Assembly: GCA_964480775.1 (NCBI GenBank)
Contig: CAYZRF010000017.1
Coordinates: forward strand, 7,305-39,304
Direction of reading: 5' to 3'
DNA from: an uncultured Nitrososphaerota archaeon
GTDB taxonomy: Archaea > Korarchaeota > Korarchaeia > Korarchaeales > Korarchaeaceae
Length of the DNA stretch: 32,000 nucleotides
A program made the position numbers and the translations under genes. Shown one piece after another: positions 15,714-25,485 of the stretch (the stretch's first letter is position 1; each line of letters begins with the position of its first letter). The notes beneath the pieces were generated by a model, which did not search any database, was not told the origin of the DNA, and was given only the letters and a program-made list of their open reading frames with translations.

Positions 15714-16712
15714 ATGGTCAAGTTTGGTGTCGAGTTTATTCCGCAGGAACCGTTCTGGAGAACAGTCTTTTATGTAGCTCAGGCCGAAAAGGGCGGATTT
15801 GATAACACATGGATAACTGATCATTTCATGAACAGGAATCCGTATACAACAATGGCAGCCATAGCGCTTTACACAGAGAAGATAACGATGGGAGTGGGTG
15901 TTACAAATCCTTACTTAGTTAACCCTGTAGTAACAGCTCAAAACATAGCTTCTCTAAGCGAGATGGCTCCAAACAGGGTAATACTTGGAATTGGAGCTGG
16001 AGATAAAACCACTCTTGGTTTCCTTGGTGTTGAGACAAGTCTGCCAGTGAGAGCAGTAAGAGAATGCGTAGAAATTTCAAGAACCCTGCTTTCAGGGGAA
16101 AAAGTCAAGAATTACGAAGGCAAGATCTTCAAGATACAAAAGGCTAAGCTGGCTTTCAAACCTGCTGGAAAAATACCGATATACGTTGGTGCTCAAGGGC
16201 CAATGATGCTTAAGTTAGCAGCCAAGATAGGAGACGGCGTTCTAATTAACGCTTCACACCCTGACGACGTTAAGGAAGCCATGGTCCATCTAAAGAAAGG
16301 AGCAGAGAAGGCGGGAAGAGACCTTAGCAATTTTGATGTGGTTGTTTACACATCATTTTCAACCCATAAAGACAGAGAAAAAGCCAGAAAAGCCGCTCTC
16401 CCCGTGGTTGCCTTCATAGTAGCGGGATGTCCTCCACCCATATTAGAAAAACACGGAATATCTCTGGAGAAAGCAACGAAGCTCAAGAATGCCCTTAATG
16501 AGGGAAAATGGGATGAAGCGTTCTCAAGCGTGACAAATGAAATGATGGAGGCCTTCTCGATCTGTGGAACTCCAGAAGAATGCTCAGAGAAGATAGCGGA
16601 GATGTTCAAACTTGGAGTAACCCAATTCGTCATGGGTTCACCGATAGGTCCGAAGGTTCACAAAGCCATTGATACCATAAGCAAGGAGATCATACCAAGA
16701 TTCAAAGAATAA
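15714..16712 (+). CDS. mer: F420-dependent 5,10-methylenetetrahydromethanopterin reductase
   Basis: Collinear with Mer: KFGVEFIP, WITDHF, GVGVTNPY, GIGAGDK, YVGAQGPMMLKLAAKIGDGVLINASHP, VVAFIVAGCPPPILEKHGI, EAFSICGTPEEC, GVTQFVMGSPIGP, EIIPRFKE. I prefer the ATG at 15714, preceded by AGGGGTGGAG, over the ORF-track start at 15672. Confidence 0.93.
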   Translation: MVKFGVEFIPQEPFWRTVFYVAQAEKGGFDNTWITDHFMNRNPYTTMAAIALYTEKITMGVGVTNPYLVNPVVTAQNIASLSEMAPNRVILGIGAGDKTTLGFLGVETSLPVRAVRECVEISRTLLSGEKVKNYEGKIFKIQKAKLAFKPAGKIPIYVGAQGPMMLKLAAKIGDGVLINASHPDDVKEAMVHLKKGAEKAGRDLSNFDVVVYTSFSTHKDREKARKAALPVVAFIVAGCPPPILEKHGISLEKATKLKNALNEGKWDEAFSSVTNEMMEAFSICGTPEECSEKIAEMFKLGVTQFVMGSPIGPKVHKAIDTISKEIIPRFKE

Positions 16713-16832
16713 TCTCTTCAAAGAAAGCACTCTGGAGCACCGAAGATATGAGCTTTTCATCTATAATGAGCGAAACGAGCATTCATGCTTAATTAACAAT
16801 ATCGTTGATGTTTTTAGCTACAATTTCCAACA

Positions 16833-17813
16833 TCACAAGGGGAGTTCTTTCCCTAACCTCTTCTTTTTCATAGAAACAAACTTGAGCACGAATGATCTGG
16901 AATCCTCGCTTAGTTTCTTTACCTCTAAAAGATTGGAAGAGATTGCTCTATCTACAAGATCTTTAGCTTCTTGACTCCTTGCAAAAATCGTCGACCATCC
17001 TTCTTCAGACCCTATACTTCCTACTGACAGATCCGCAGATTCAGCTGCAAAGTCTCCGCAGAAAGAACAAGATCTTCTAGCATATTCTTTCGTTTCCTTA
17101 ATTCGAATACCGTGGACTTCTCCATTACTAAGTTTAACTGAGAACTTCCCGTGCTTTATTTCAGATCTAATGACAGATGAAGGATCCACACCCATTTTAC
17201 TCTTTAACATCTCACAGAACTTTGTGTAAGGATAGCTCTCCGTGCAAAATAGTCCGATAACTAATTTAATGTGTTTCGCGTATCGTGGTGCCCTCTTTCT
17301 CATGAATTGAATTGCTCTTACTTGGCAAGGAACTCCTACAACTGCTATCGACTGATGCTTGTCAACGATATCCCTTAGGGAGGAAAGACTTGGGCACGAA
17401 ACGTACTTTGATCCAGCCGATGCAATTAAATCCTGCTCAGTTAGAGCTACGAAGGGTTTAGGTCTCAAAGGTTCTTTGTCGCTGAGCTGACATACGGTCG
17501 CAGCCTCAATAATACCATCCCTTAGGGCTTGAATGAGTAAAGTAGTAACAACTCCGCCATCCTGAGCAAATTTAGCTACACCATCTAAGAGAGTTCTTCC
17601 TGTATATGATGCTAAAACGGGGGTCTCTTCGACTCCTCGATTGATTACAGGACACACAAAAGTACAGAGCTTACACTCAATGCACTTCTCTAAATCAAAG
17701 ATGGGCTCGTCGCCGTCTATAGTGACTGCCTCTTTAGGACATACAGCTATACATGCACCACAAAAGGCGCACAATCCAGACTCTATGATCCTACCGACTG
17801 ATTTGAGTTCCAT
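16833..17813 (-). CDS. FrhB/FdhB/FpoF-family F420-binding FeS flavoprotein with an N-terminal 2x[4Fe-4S] ferredoxin domain
   Basis: 326-aa ORF with N-terminal CAFCGACIAVCP and CIECKLCTFVCP. The FrhB_N-like motif AQDGGVVTTLL follows. The C-terminal FrhB_C-like motif is CSFCGDFAAESADLSVGSIG. Confidence 0.8.
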   Translation of the reverse strand: MELKSVGRIIESGLCAFCGACIAVCPKEAVTIDGDEPIFDLEKCIECKLCTFVCPVINRGVEETPVLASYTGRTLLDGVAKFAQDGGVVTTLLIQALRDGIIEAATVCQLSDKEPLRPKPFVALTEQDLIASAGSKYVSCPSLSSLRDIVDKHQSIAVVGVPCQVRAIQFMRKRAPRYAKHIKLVIGLFCTESYPYTKFCEMLKSKMGVDPSSVIRSEIKHGKFSVKLSNGEVHGIRIKETKEYARRSCSFCGDFAAESADLSVGSIGSEEGWSTIFARSQEAKDLVDRAISSNLLEVKKLSEDSRSFVLKFVSMKKKRLGKELPL

Positions 17814-17947
17814 CAGGGCAAAAGCTCAGAGCGTTAACAATTTAAGACTTCCTTTAATTGGAGAGTATCAATAGTTTTTATGTAATCTCCTTGAAGGAAG
17901 AGAACCGCCTAGCTTCGAGTAGCTATTATTATGAGAACGAAGAAGCT

Positions 17948-18718
17948 TTAATTCAATAATCCTATCTTCTTGGCGATTTTCTCAGCTGCTTTTAAGGCTG
18001 GTGAATTGCTCGGGAGTTCAAGAAGAGACCTACCTTCTATGTTGAACCTTGTGACATTTGGATCTGAGGGAATGAAACCAGCGAATCCAACACCCATACT
18101 CTTAGCTTTCTCTTCAAGTAAGCTAACAAGCTCTTCTGGAAATCTATTTCCCACAAGATATATTTTTCCCACATTTATGTGAACCTCATGAGCAAGTTCC
18201 TTTATCCTTTCTGCTGTCTTAAAGCCCATTGATGAGGGATCTGTAACGATCAACATTACGTCTACATCTCTGTCTGTTCTCCTGCTTAGATGCTCGAGTC
18301 CTGCTTCCATATCCATAATTGTTATGTCATAATTCTTCGTGATGGCATCAAGTATCCTCGTGAGAACGCTGTTCACATAGCAATAACATCCCTCCCCTTC
18401 ACTCCTACCCATAACCAAGAGGTCAAATTCTGGGAGTTCTACTAGAGTTTCATAAACCCATGCCTCAAGCAAGTCCGCTTTAGATACTCCTAGCGGAAGT
18501 TCTCCTCTTTCTATCTTTTTTTTGAGTTCATCTGCCACAATTCCAACGTTTTTCTCAGCTTTAACCCCTAAGACCTCTTGCAGGTTTGATGCTGGATCTG
18601 CATCAACCATAAGGATGGAGTCGTTTTTGTTATTATCTAATAAAGTTCTAAGTAGCAAGCCAGCTAAGGTGGTCTTACCCGTTCCTCCCTTGCCAGAAAT
18701 GGAAATAACAAAGCTCAT
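17948..18718 (-). CDS. cooC: CooC-type nickel-insertion ATPase (MinD/ParA-class P-loop), paralog 1
   Basis: 256-aa ORF with the deviant Walker A motif ISGKGGTGKTT, then VDADP and a metal-binding CXC motif (GEGCYCYVN). The Shine-Dalgarno sequence is AGGGGCTGAAA-ATG. Confidence 0.88.
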   Translation of the reverse strand: MSFVISISGKGGTGKTTLAGLLLRTLLDNNKNDSILMVDADPASNLQEVLGVKAEKNVGIVADELKKKIERGELPLGVSKADLLEAWVYETLVELPEFDLLVMGRSEGEGCYCYVNSVLTRILDAITKNYDITIMDMEAGLEHLSRRTDRDVDVMLIVTDPSSMGFKTAERIKELAHEVHINVGKIYLVGNRFPEELVSLLEEKAKSMGVGFAGFIPSDPNVTRFNIEGRSLLELPSNSPALKAAEKIAKKIGLLN

Positions 18719-18829
18719 TTTTCAGCCCCTAGAACCCTCTTAAAACGTTTCGACATCCTCAAATGATTTGGATTTCTAAGAGAGCTATAAACTCTACTAA
18801 CATCCGAAGTTCCATTTTAGCATAGCAAA

Positions 18830-20707
18830 TCAACTTCTCCTAATTTTTCTGCTGGCTTCCCACCAAGTTGGGAACAGGTCCTTTTTCCCAGGAAGAAAGT
18901 AAGCAGCAGTATACTCATCCATGAAGTCTGGATCTTTAAGAAGATCAAAGTACGTTGTAAGCCTAACTACCTCCTCTGCCTCATACCTGTATTTCACCGA
19001 AACGAGGGTAAGATAAGCTCCAGCTACAGAACCATTTCCCAGGTAAGTTATCCTAGCCTTGGGAAGCTCCGGTATTAAACCTATGGCAATAGCGCTATTT
19101 AAGTCCAGGTAATTTCCAAAAGCTCCACAAATAAACATCTGTTCTATGTCCTGAACGCTTAATCTCATCTTTTTCAATAAAACTCCGATAGCAGAGCACG
19201 CTGCAGCCTTGGAGTCGATTAAATTTGCTATGTCTTTCTCAGTTATCACAATGTCCTTACCAATCGCAGTCTTTTCGGCTGGAACAACTACGTATTCATA
19301 TCCATCAATTCCCTGCCTTATTAATGGCGTCTTTAACTCAGCATTTATCTTACCAAGGCTGTCAACTATTCCATTTCGGAACATCTCGGATAGTAAATCA
19401 ATTAATCCCGAACCACATATTCCCTTAGGTTTTACATCTCCTATTACACGATATTCTGCCTTCAGTGTAACAGGATCTATTTTAACGTGATCTATCGCTC
19501 CTTCAATCGCTCTAGTTCCAAACCTGATTCCCCAACCCTCAAAGGCAGGACCAGCAGCAGCGGTAGTGGTTACGAACCATGATTCGCAGCCTAGAACAGC
19601 CTCCACGTTTGTTCCGATATCCACGAGCAATGATATTTTAGGAGATTTATGCATTCCAGATACAAGGATGTCTCCTATAGCATCTCCTCCAAAGAATCTA
19701 CTTACACAAGGAAGACAGTAGACCCTTGCTGCTTCATGAACTTCAAGTTCAATCTCCTTAGCTTCCAAAAACAAAGGGTCTGATGGTACCTTAGCTCCAG
19801 GGTCTAAGAGGGGAGACGCGTCTTTCCCTGCGAAAAGGTATGTCATGACTGTATTTCCAGCAACACAAACGTCGACTATCTCCTCTTTTTTAACCTGGTA
19901 TTTCGAAGTTAATTTAGAAATAAGTTCATTTATCGTATCAACAGCCGCTTTCTGAATCTTTTTAGTGCCGTCTTCCTTTTCCATAGTATATCCTATCCTA
20001 GATACAACGTCTTCACCATACATTAGCTGCTTGTTATATCCTGATTCATATCCAAGGATCTCCCCAGTAGTTAGGTCAACTAGGTAGGCGACTATTTTTG
20101 TAGTTCCTATGTCAACAGCTAGCCCAAAGAGTCTATTTGTTGTATTGCCCTCCTCTAATCCTAATACTTCGACTTTCCCTCCATATCTTCTAATAATTAG
20201 TGTGGCTCCTTCTGGGCAACATTTAGGCATTGCGTTAAGTTTCTCTTGCACATGTTTTGGAAAGCTCTCGATTCCTACGAAATACAATATTTTCTCAAGC
20301 TGATTACCAGCTTTGTCTGCTAGTTGAGTTGGTTTCACAAAGACTTTCCTAACGGCTGGCTCTGGAATAACTTTAGGGACTTTCGCTTCCATTTGAATTT
20401 TTTGACCTTCAAGTCTTGTTTCTGGAGGAATAAAGACCTCACAATCAGATGTCGGAAATGTTAAACAGGCTAGGACGTATCCTTGCTTTAACTCTTCGTC
20501 TGTCAATAATTTCTCTTTTGGATCGTAATTAAATTGAACACTACCTTTCTGTACAATAATTTTACATTTTCCACAACCGCCCTTGCCACCACATACACTT
20601 CTAAGAGTTATTCCCGCCGATCTAGCTGCTTCCAATAAGTTAGTATCTTTGCTAGCAGATACCCTCCTCCCGTATGGCTGAAAGACTATGGTAAATTCTC
20701 TAGTCAT
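18830..20707 (-). CDS. RACo-type reductive activator of the corrinoid/FeS protein ([2Fe-2S] ferredoxin domain plus ASKHA ATPase domain)
   Basis: The N-terminus carries a plant-type ferredoxin motif, SVCGGKGGCGKCKI...LACL. A large sugar-kinase/actin-like domain follows, with GLAVDIGTTKIVAYLVD and LVDIGTNVEAV phosphate motifs. I prefer the ATG at 20707, preceded by AGGTGA, over the GTG at 20716. Confidence 0.82.
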   Translation of the reverse strand: MTREFTIVFQPYGRRVSASKDTNLLEAARSAGITLRSVCGGKGGCGKCKIIVQKGSVQFNYDPKEKLLTDEELKQGYVLACLTFPTSDCEVFIPPETRLEGQKIQMEAKVPKVIPEPAVRKVFVKPTQLADKAGNQLEKILYFVGIESFPKHVQEKLNAMPKCCPEGATLIIRRYGGKVEVLGLEEGNTTNRLFGLAVDIGTTKIVAYLVDLTTGEILGYESGYNKQLMYGEDVVSRIGYTMEKEDGTKKIQKAAVDTINELISKLTSKYQVKKEEIVDVCVAGNTVMTYLFAGKDASPLLDPGAKVPSDPLFLEAKEIELEVHEAARVYCLPCVSRFFGGDAIGDILVSGMHKSPKISLLVDIGTNVEAVLGCESWFVTTTAAAGPAFEGWGIRFGTRAIEGAIDHVKIDPVTLKAEYRVIGDVKPKGICGSGLIDLLSEMFRNGIVDSLGKINAELKTPLIRQGIDGYEYVVVPAEKTAIGKDIVITEKDIANLIDSKAAACSAIGVLLKKMRLSVQDIEQMFICGAFGNYLDLNSAIAIGLIPELPKARITYLGNGSVAGAYLTLVSVKYRYEAEEVVRLTTYFDLLKDPDFMDEYTAAYFLPGKKDLFPTWWEASRKIRRS

Positions 20708-20936
20708 TAGGTTCACCTAAATGGTGAGTTATGGATTATTGTACAGAAGCGATGAAGTTTACTTGAATTTAAACTTAGTTAAGCGCTCATAGCTAGCTTG
20801 TATGCTTCCTTAAAGAATAATTTGATCTTATCCCTATCCTGTAAAAAGAAGGAAGATTGGGCAGGTATAGAAAAAAATAACATTAGTTATATTTAGTGCT
20901 CATCGCAATCCTTGTAGTTATAAAGATGTATGGGGT

Positions 20937-22349
20937 TCAAGCTGTTTCTGCTTTCTTCCATTTTTCATCCAAGAATTTGGGAATTCCTGAAGAATCGGTA
21001 GGACCCACTAGGACCTCCCAACCACTGAGTTCCTCTATTTCTCCTGATAGCCTTGATGCAAGCCCGGGTATGATTAATTTTCTATGTTTCACCACCTTAT
21101 CAACCCCATACTCTTTCAAGGCGTCTGCAACCGTTTCAGCAGTTAATTTTCTACCAGCTACTGCACTTTGAACCGAGATTCCTTCTGTGTCAACGACCAA
21201 GAGGTAGCAATCTATCTTGGCTGCTTCTATGTCTGACAAGACGGTATAATAGGTTAGGGCGAAGTTTGTGGTGACCATCACTGGGGAATTTTCATTAGGT
21301 TGGCCTATGGTTCTAAGACCTGGTTCTACAGAGACAGGCTTTCTTGGATCTGTGTAAATGTTCTCTCTAAGTATTAACAATGGAAGTATGTTCCATCCTG
21401 CGAGACTGTGCATCATTATTAGATCGGCATACCTCATAACGAGTGTAGCCGCAGTTATTGCCTCCCACCATGTCTTCGTCTCTTCATCTCCTTCTATGTA
21501 GAACCAACTGGATATAGCTGAGCCTATGAGCGGATATCCTACTCCCTCATCCTCTTCTTTGATACCCTTCCACCTTAACATCGTGAAATTAGTAACGGTT
21601 TTATGCAAAAGATCCCCCGGGAAGGACCCAGGATCGAGGGCAAGATCTTCGATACCGAACTTCCTTAGGGTTGTCGTTAGAGACAATAGAAGGTCAAGAT
21701 CTCCTGGCGCATAGACAGCAAGAGGACATCCATATTTGAGAGCTAGATCACCCATATCAGCCCAGTTATCTTTAGTAGCTGCATAGATTAAGGGCCTTTC
21801 ACCTTCAAGTTCTTCAAGCCCAGCTTCCATTACTTTCGGATCAAGTGAGCAAAGGATCAAGGGGAAACTGGTATTTTCCTTAACTTTCCTAACTGCTTTC
21901 CTGAAGGTCTCTGGGTCCCTGCTAACGGATCTTACTGCTATGAGATTGAGGTGTATATTCCTTCCTATGTAGTAATAGATAAGTTCCTCAATCTTCTTTA
22001 CCCTATCAACTAGAAGGGCTTCATCCATTGTGTCAGTGACATCTATTGCTACGGGAGGTGGGTTAACGTAGGTTAGCTCATGTCTAAACATGACATATTC
22101 TCCACCTATCTTAACTGCTCTGTCGTCAGGTCCTATCTTAACCTCCTTAATTGGAGGTTTTAGCATTTCCCAAAGTTTCCTGTAATTCTCTTTGTGCTCA
22201 TCAGTGAGTAAAGGAGGACATTGATCGAGGAAAGCTTCTCTGTTTACTAACTTTACTGCAAAGGCCATACAGGTGCTCTCTCCACATTCACCACAGTTGG
22301 TCCTAGGTAAATACTTGTAAACATCTGTTGGACTTATTGTTGTCGCCAT
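20937..22349 (-). CDS. cdhE: Acetyl-CoA decarbonylase/synthase gamma subunit (corrinoid/FeS protein large subunit)
   Basis: 470-aa ORF with the N-terminal [4Fe-4S] motif LPRTNCGECGESTCMAFA. It is the last gene of the cdhABCDE order. Confidence 0.93.
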   Translation of the reverse strand: MATTISPTDVYKYLPRTNCGECGESTCMAFAVKLVNREAFLDQCPPLLTDEHKENYRKLWEMLKPPIKEVKIGPDDRAVKIGGEYVMFRHELTYVNPPPVAIDVTDTMDEALLVDRVKKIEELIYYYIGRNIHLNLIAVRSVSRDPETFRKAVRKVKENTSFPLILCSLDPKVMEAGLEELEGERPLIYAATKDNWADMGDLALKYGCPLAVYAPGDLDLLLSLTTTLRKFGIEDLALDPGSFPGDLLHKTVTNFTMLRWKGIKEEDEGVGYPLIGSAISSWFYIEGDEETKTWWEAITAATLVMRYADLIMMHSLAGWNILPLLILRENIYTDPRKPVSVEPGLRTIGQPNENSPVMVTTNFALTYYTVLSDIEAAKIDCYLLVVDTEGISVQSAVAGRKLTAETVADALKEYGVDKVVKHRKLIIPGLASRLSGEIEELSGWEVLVGPTDSSGIPKFLDEKWKKAETA

Positions 22350-22352
22350 CTT

Positions 22353-23567
22353 TCATGCCTCCCTTTCTATCCATTCATAAAGATCTTCAGGCAGCTCTTT
22401 TCTCCCACGAATAAGGCCATTTATCATGTTTCTTGTTAGCTCAACAGCAAGCGGATGTATCATCATGAAATAGTCTACGCCAGCGAACAGCAAAGTTAGG
22501 GCCGTGAAGGCTTCCCATATTGGTCCTCTCAAAGATTTCGGACCCCATTCTGGCGGCAGCTTTATCCAAGCTTCTCTAGCAGCCCAAGCATTTGAAGCAG
22601 CCGCTGCCATTGGGTGCTGAAGCTCTTCATCACCCATGAGAGCAGCCAGGCGGGCTCTTTCCATTATTGTAAAGGCATAATCTATTCCATAACCTACGGC
22701 AGCCGTTGTAGTGTCCATCACTATGCTTTCCTTTCCCAGATAGTCGTAGAGCTTCCTGTTTAGTTCCCTTGCTTGGTTAAGATCCATTGAGGTGAAAGCT
22801 ATGATTGCATGACCATATTTTTTCGTAAGTTCTCCCATCTTAGGGACGTCCATGTCCAATGTTACATCATTTATCAATATCCTCTCTCCCTGCGCGACCT
22901 CTGCCACTTTCTCGAAAACTTTTTGGTCCTTTGCTGGATCTCCTGAACCTCCAACGCATATTGGCACTTTAACTGCTTGAAGAACTTCTTCAACCATCTT
23001 GGCAGCCTGTTCTGGAGACGTGTCTTTTAACAAGGGATCAGTACTGATCAGGTGGAAGTTTATCATATCCGCCTTATATTTTTCGACGTTAAACCTAGCC
23101 CACTCCACTGGATCACTCATAACATCCCCATAATACTCTTTTATCGCCTTTGGAAGGCTTATTTCCATATCAAAGACATCCATAGCAACAATTGGTGGAT
23201 GGGGCGGGGTTTCCATAAAGAGATGAAAAGCAGGTGCGGACTCACCTCCTATGATTACCGTTTTGTCTCTTGTTCCACCCTCGCTTGGAGTAGCTCCAAT
23301 CTTTACTTCTACGACTTTTCCAATCCATTCCTCCTTTGGAGGCTCGAATCTACTCATTATGAGTTCTTTTGGCTTCTCAAGGATCGGCACGGTCTCTTTT
23401 CTAAGAAGAGCACTAGGTTGAATTGTCAAAATGAGTTTTTCGGCCATTATTTGTACATCTTGTAGCTCTATTTCCACTTCTCCAAGTTGACTTAGGGCCC
23501 TTGCTAATTCTTTACCTAATAGATCGGCCAATAAATCTTCAAGCTTAGGACTTCTCTCCTTTTCCAT
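22353..23567 (-). CDS. cdhD: Acetyl-CoA decarbonylase/synthase delta subunit (corrinoid/FeS protein small subunit)
   Basis: 404-aa ORF with a TIM-barrel-like pterin-binding-type region. It sits between cdhC and cdhE, and its start overlaps the cdhC 3' end by 23 nt. Confidence 0.9.
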   Translation of the reverse strand: MEKERSPKLEDLLADLLGKELARALSQLGEVEIELQDVQIMAEKLILTIQPSALLRKETVPILEKPKELIMSRFEPPKEEWIGKVVEVKIGATPSEGGTRDKTVIIGGESAPAFHLFMETPPHPPIVAMDVFDMEISLPKAIKEYYGDVMSDPVEWARFNVEKYKADMINFHLISTDPLLKDTSPEQAAKMVEEVLQAVKVPICVGGSGDPAKDQKVFEKVAEVAQGERILINDVTLDMDVPKMGELTKKYGHAIIAFTSMDLNQARELNRKLYDYLGKESIVMDTTTAAVGYGIDYAFTIMERARLAALMGDEELQHPMAAAASNAWAAREAWIKLPPEWGPKSLRGPIWEAFTALTLLFAGVDYFMMIHPLAVELTRNMINGLIRGRKELPEDLYEWIEREA

Positions 23568-24936
23568 GTTTTGACACCTTCCTTATTACAGCCTTCTTGG
23601 CTACTATCTTCACATTTTTCAACGTTATCCGAAAACCTCCAGCTCCGGCTGGCAACTCCATGAGCTCCCCAATTTCTGGAGCTCCTTCAACAGCTTCCGC
23701 TGCAAGCTCTTCCATCTCCTTCCATCTTTCAACTACGGGGTGATTTCTCTCCTTGAGGAATTCTTTCAGTTCCTCTACGTTCGTGGCATCCTTTTCTGTG
23801 GCTATTTTCCCAATTAGATGGGAGGGGACGAAGTCCTTCACTCTTTCTAGGACCTCGGAGGGAACCCAAACAACTCTTTCCCACCCTCCGTCTGCCTGTA
23901 AGAACTTTGGAGAACGCATATACTCTATGGAAATTCCATGGAACCCATCAACCTGCCTACCACCTGCTGTAGAGTCAGCTATTGTCGTGAACTTCAATCC
24001 GTTTACGGTTTCACCTCTAAATCCCCTATGAACAATTCCAAAACCATCAACTTCAGGTATATAGAAAGCTGCAGCCTCAAAGCACCCGCAGGATGTGTGT
24101 GGATACCCGAAGGCAGTATAAAGCCAGACTCTTTTAATTGCTCCAAGGGATTTCTTCTTCACAGCTTCATTAACTCCAGTGTACTCTCCTTTGATGGGAT
24201 CCAAGCACTCTCCTTTTTCCATAGGAAAGAGAGGTCCTTTTGGATCGACTCTCGCTGAAGCTCTGGCATCAAACCAGCTTATCGCTCCACAATTTGAATA
24301 TCTTTGGGGAGTTATGACGCAAACATGGGTTGGGGCGAAGGACTGGCAAAGAGAACAACCGTAAAACATGTCGACCTCTTCATCCTTAAGTCCTCTTGCC
24401 CTTGCATCTCTAGCCTCGTAGATCTCAAGTGCCTCCTTGTATCTCTTCTCAACCTCTTCTGGATCTGTTATGAAGGTTATCTGCATCTTCTCGATTATAG
24501 GTAGTTCGCTTTTGAATAGCCTTTCCAAAACCTTTCCAATTATCTTAAAGGACGTAAGTCCCTTCTTATATGAACTTTTGCTGATTCTTATCCATATGTC
24601 ATATCTCTGGTTTAGATGCATGACTCCTTCTATGTAATTCGTATACTCATGAATCCTACGCTCTATTACTCCCTCTAAATCCTTCTCTATTTGTTTCCCA
24701 GCAACCTCTATGTATATACCGAAGGGATATCTTCCTCCTTCCTCTAGTTCATTAAGATCTGGGCCTATTACAGTTATTTTCCCATCTTCAACCTCATCTA
24801 AACTCTTTGCTCTAACCAGTTCGAACTTATGCTTTACTTTTGGACCCCCCAGCTCGACGTACATTTGGGCCTTTCTTATCCTCTCCCCTTCGTATACCAC
24901 TCCAACATCAACAGGTATATCTTCAAACATTGACAT
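23545..24936 (-). CDS. cdhC: Acetyl-CoA decarbonylase/synthase beta subunit (A-cluster acetyl-CoA synthase)
   Basis: 463-aa ORF with A-cluster ligand motifs: CSLCQSFAPTHVCVITPQRYSNCGAISW and the Cys-Gly-Cys motif HTSCGCFEA. Confidence 0.95.
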   Translation of the reverse strand: MSMFEDIPVDVGVVYEGERIRKAQMYVELGGPKVKHKFELVRAKSLDEVEDGKITVIGPDLNELEEGGRYPFGIYIEVAGKQIEKDLEGVIERRIHEYTNYIEGVMHLNQRYDIWIRISKSSYKKGLTSFKIIGKVLERLFKSELPIIEKMQITFITDPEEVEKRYKEALEIYEARDARARGLKDEEVDMFYGCSLCQSFAPTHVCVITPQRYSNCGAISWFDARASARVDPKGPLFPMEKGECLDPIKGEYTGVNEAVKKKSLGAIKRVWLYTAFGYPHTSCGCFEAAAFYIPEVDGFGIVHRGFRGETVNGLKFTTIADSTAGGRQVDGFHGISIEYMRSPKFLQADGGWERVVWVPSEVLERVKDFVPSHLIGKIATEKDATNVEELKEFLKERNHPVVERWKEMEELAAEAVEGAPEIGELMELPAGAGGFRITLKNVKIVAKKAVIRKVSKHGKGEKS

Positions 24937-24942
24937 AGAATT

Positions 24943-25485
24943 TCACCCCTTTCCCTTCAAAGACTCCTTAATTGAGGAGATGTAATTAGCCCACGCATCA
25001 ATCTTCATGTTGTAGAGAGAGAAAGTTGCATGGGGTTGGTAGTAGGGATCAATACTTAGCGTCTTGAAACCCTCTGGGGAGAAGTGCTTTAGTCCGGAAA
25101 GTATCAGCCAACTGTAATAGTAGCGGAAGCCAACGAAGATTGCTAGATCATAGTTTCCCTTACCATCAAATCCCTTCCATTCTGGGTCTCTAAGTCTATC
25201 AGCTAACTCCATCGCCGCCATTGATTTAAACTCCTCCATTCCTATTTCCTCAAATTTTCTGTTTATCCCTCCCGTTACCACAACCTCAGCCCCTACTTCT
25301 TTGGATATCTCAAGAATATCCTTTAACGTCTTTTCAGGAGCTATGTCGAAAGTCTTCGATCCCATAATTACTATGGGCCTTTTAGCATTCTTTATTATAC
25401 CAGCAACTGTTTGGGGCCTTTCTACAGGAATGGCCTTAAGAGGCCCGGGGATTTCAGCTGTCTGAAATGGTTCGAACTTCATCAT
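24943..25485 (-). CDS. cdhB: Acetyl-CoA decarbonylase/synthase epsilon subunit
   Basis: 180-aa ORF immediately downstream of cdhA, with a 4-nt ATGA overlap. Size and position are as in archaeal cdhB. Confidence 0.88.
   Translation of the reverse strand: MMKFEPFQTAEIPGPLKAIPVERPQTVAGIIKNAKRPIVIMGSKTFDIAPEKTLKDILEISKEVGAEVVVTGGINRKFEEIGMEEFKSMAAMELADRLRDPEWKGFDGKGNYDLAIFVGFRYYYSWLILSGLKHFSPEGFKTLSIDPYYQPHATFSLYNMKIDAWANYISSIKESLKGKG

Noticed and set aside
20713-20727. A TCACC-TAAAT-GGTGA hairpin overlapping the Shine-Dalgarno sequence of the RACo gene, which could be a translational control element.
   Set aside because: The stem is only 5 bp and would be unstable in a likely thermophile. The complementarity may simply reflect the Shine-Dalgarno sequence itself.
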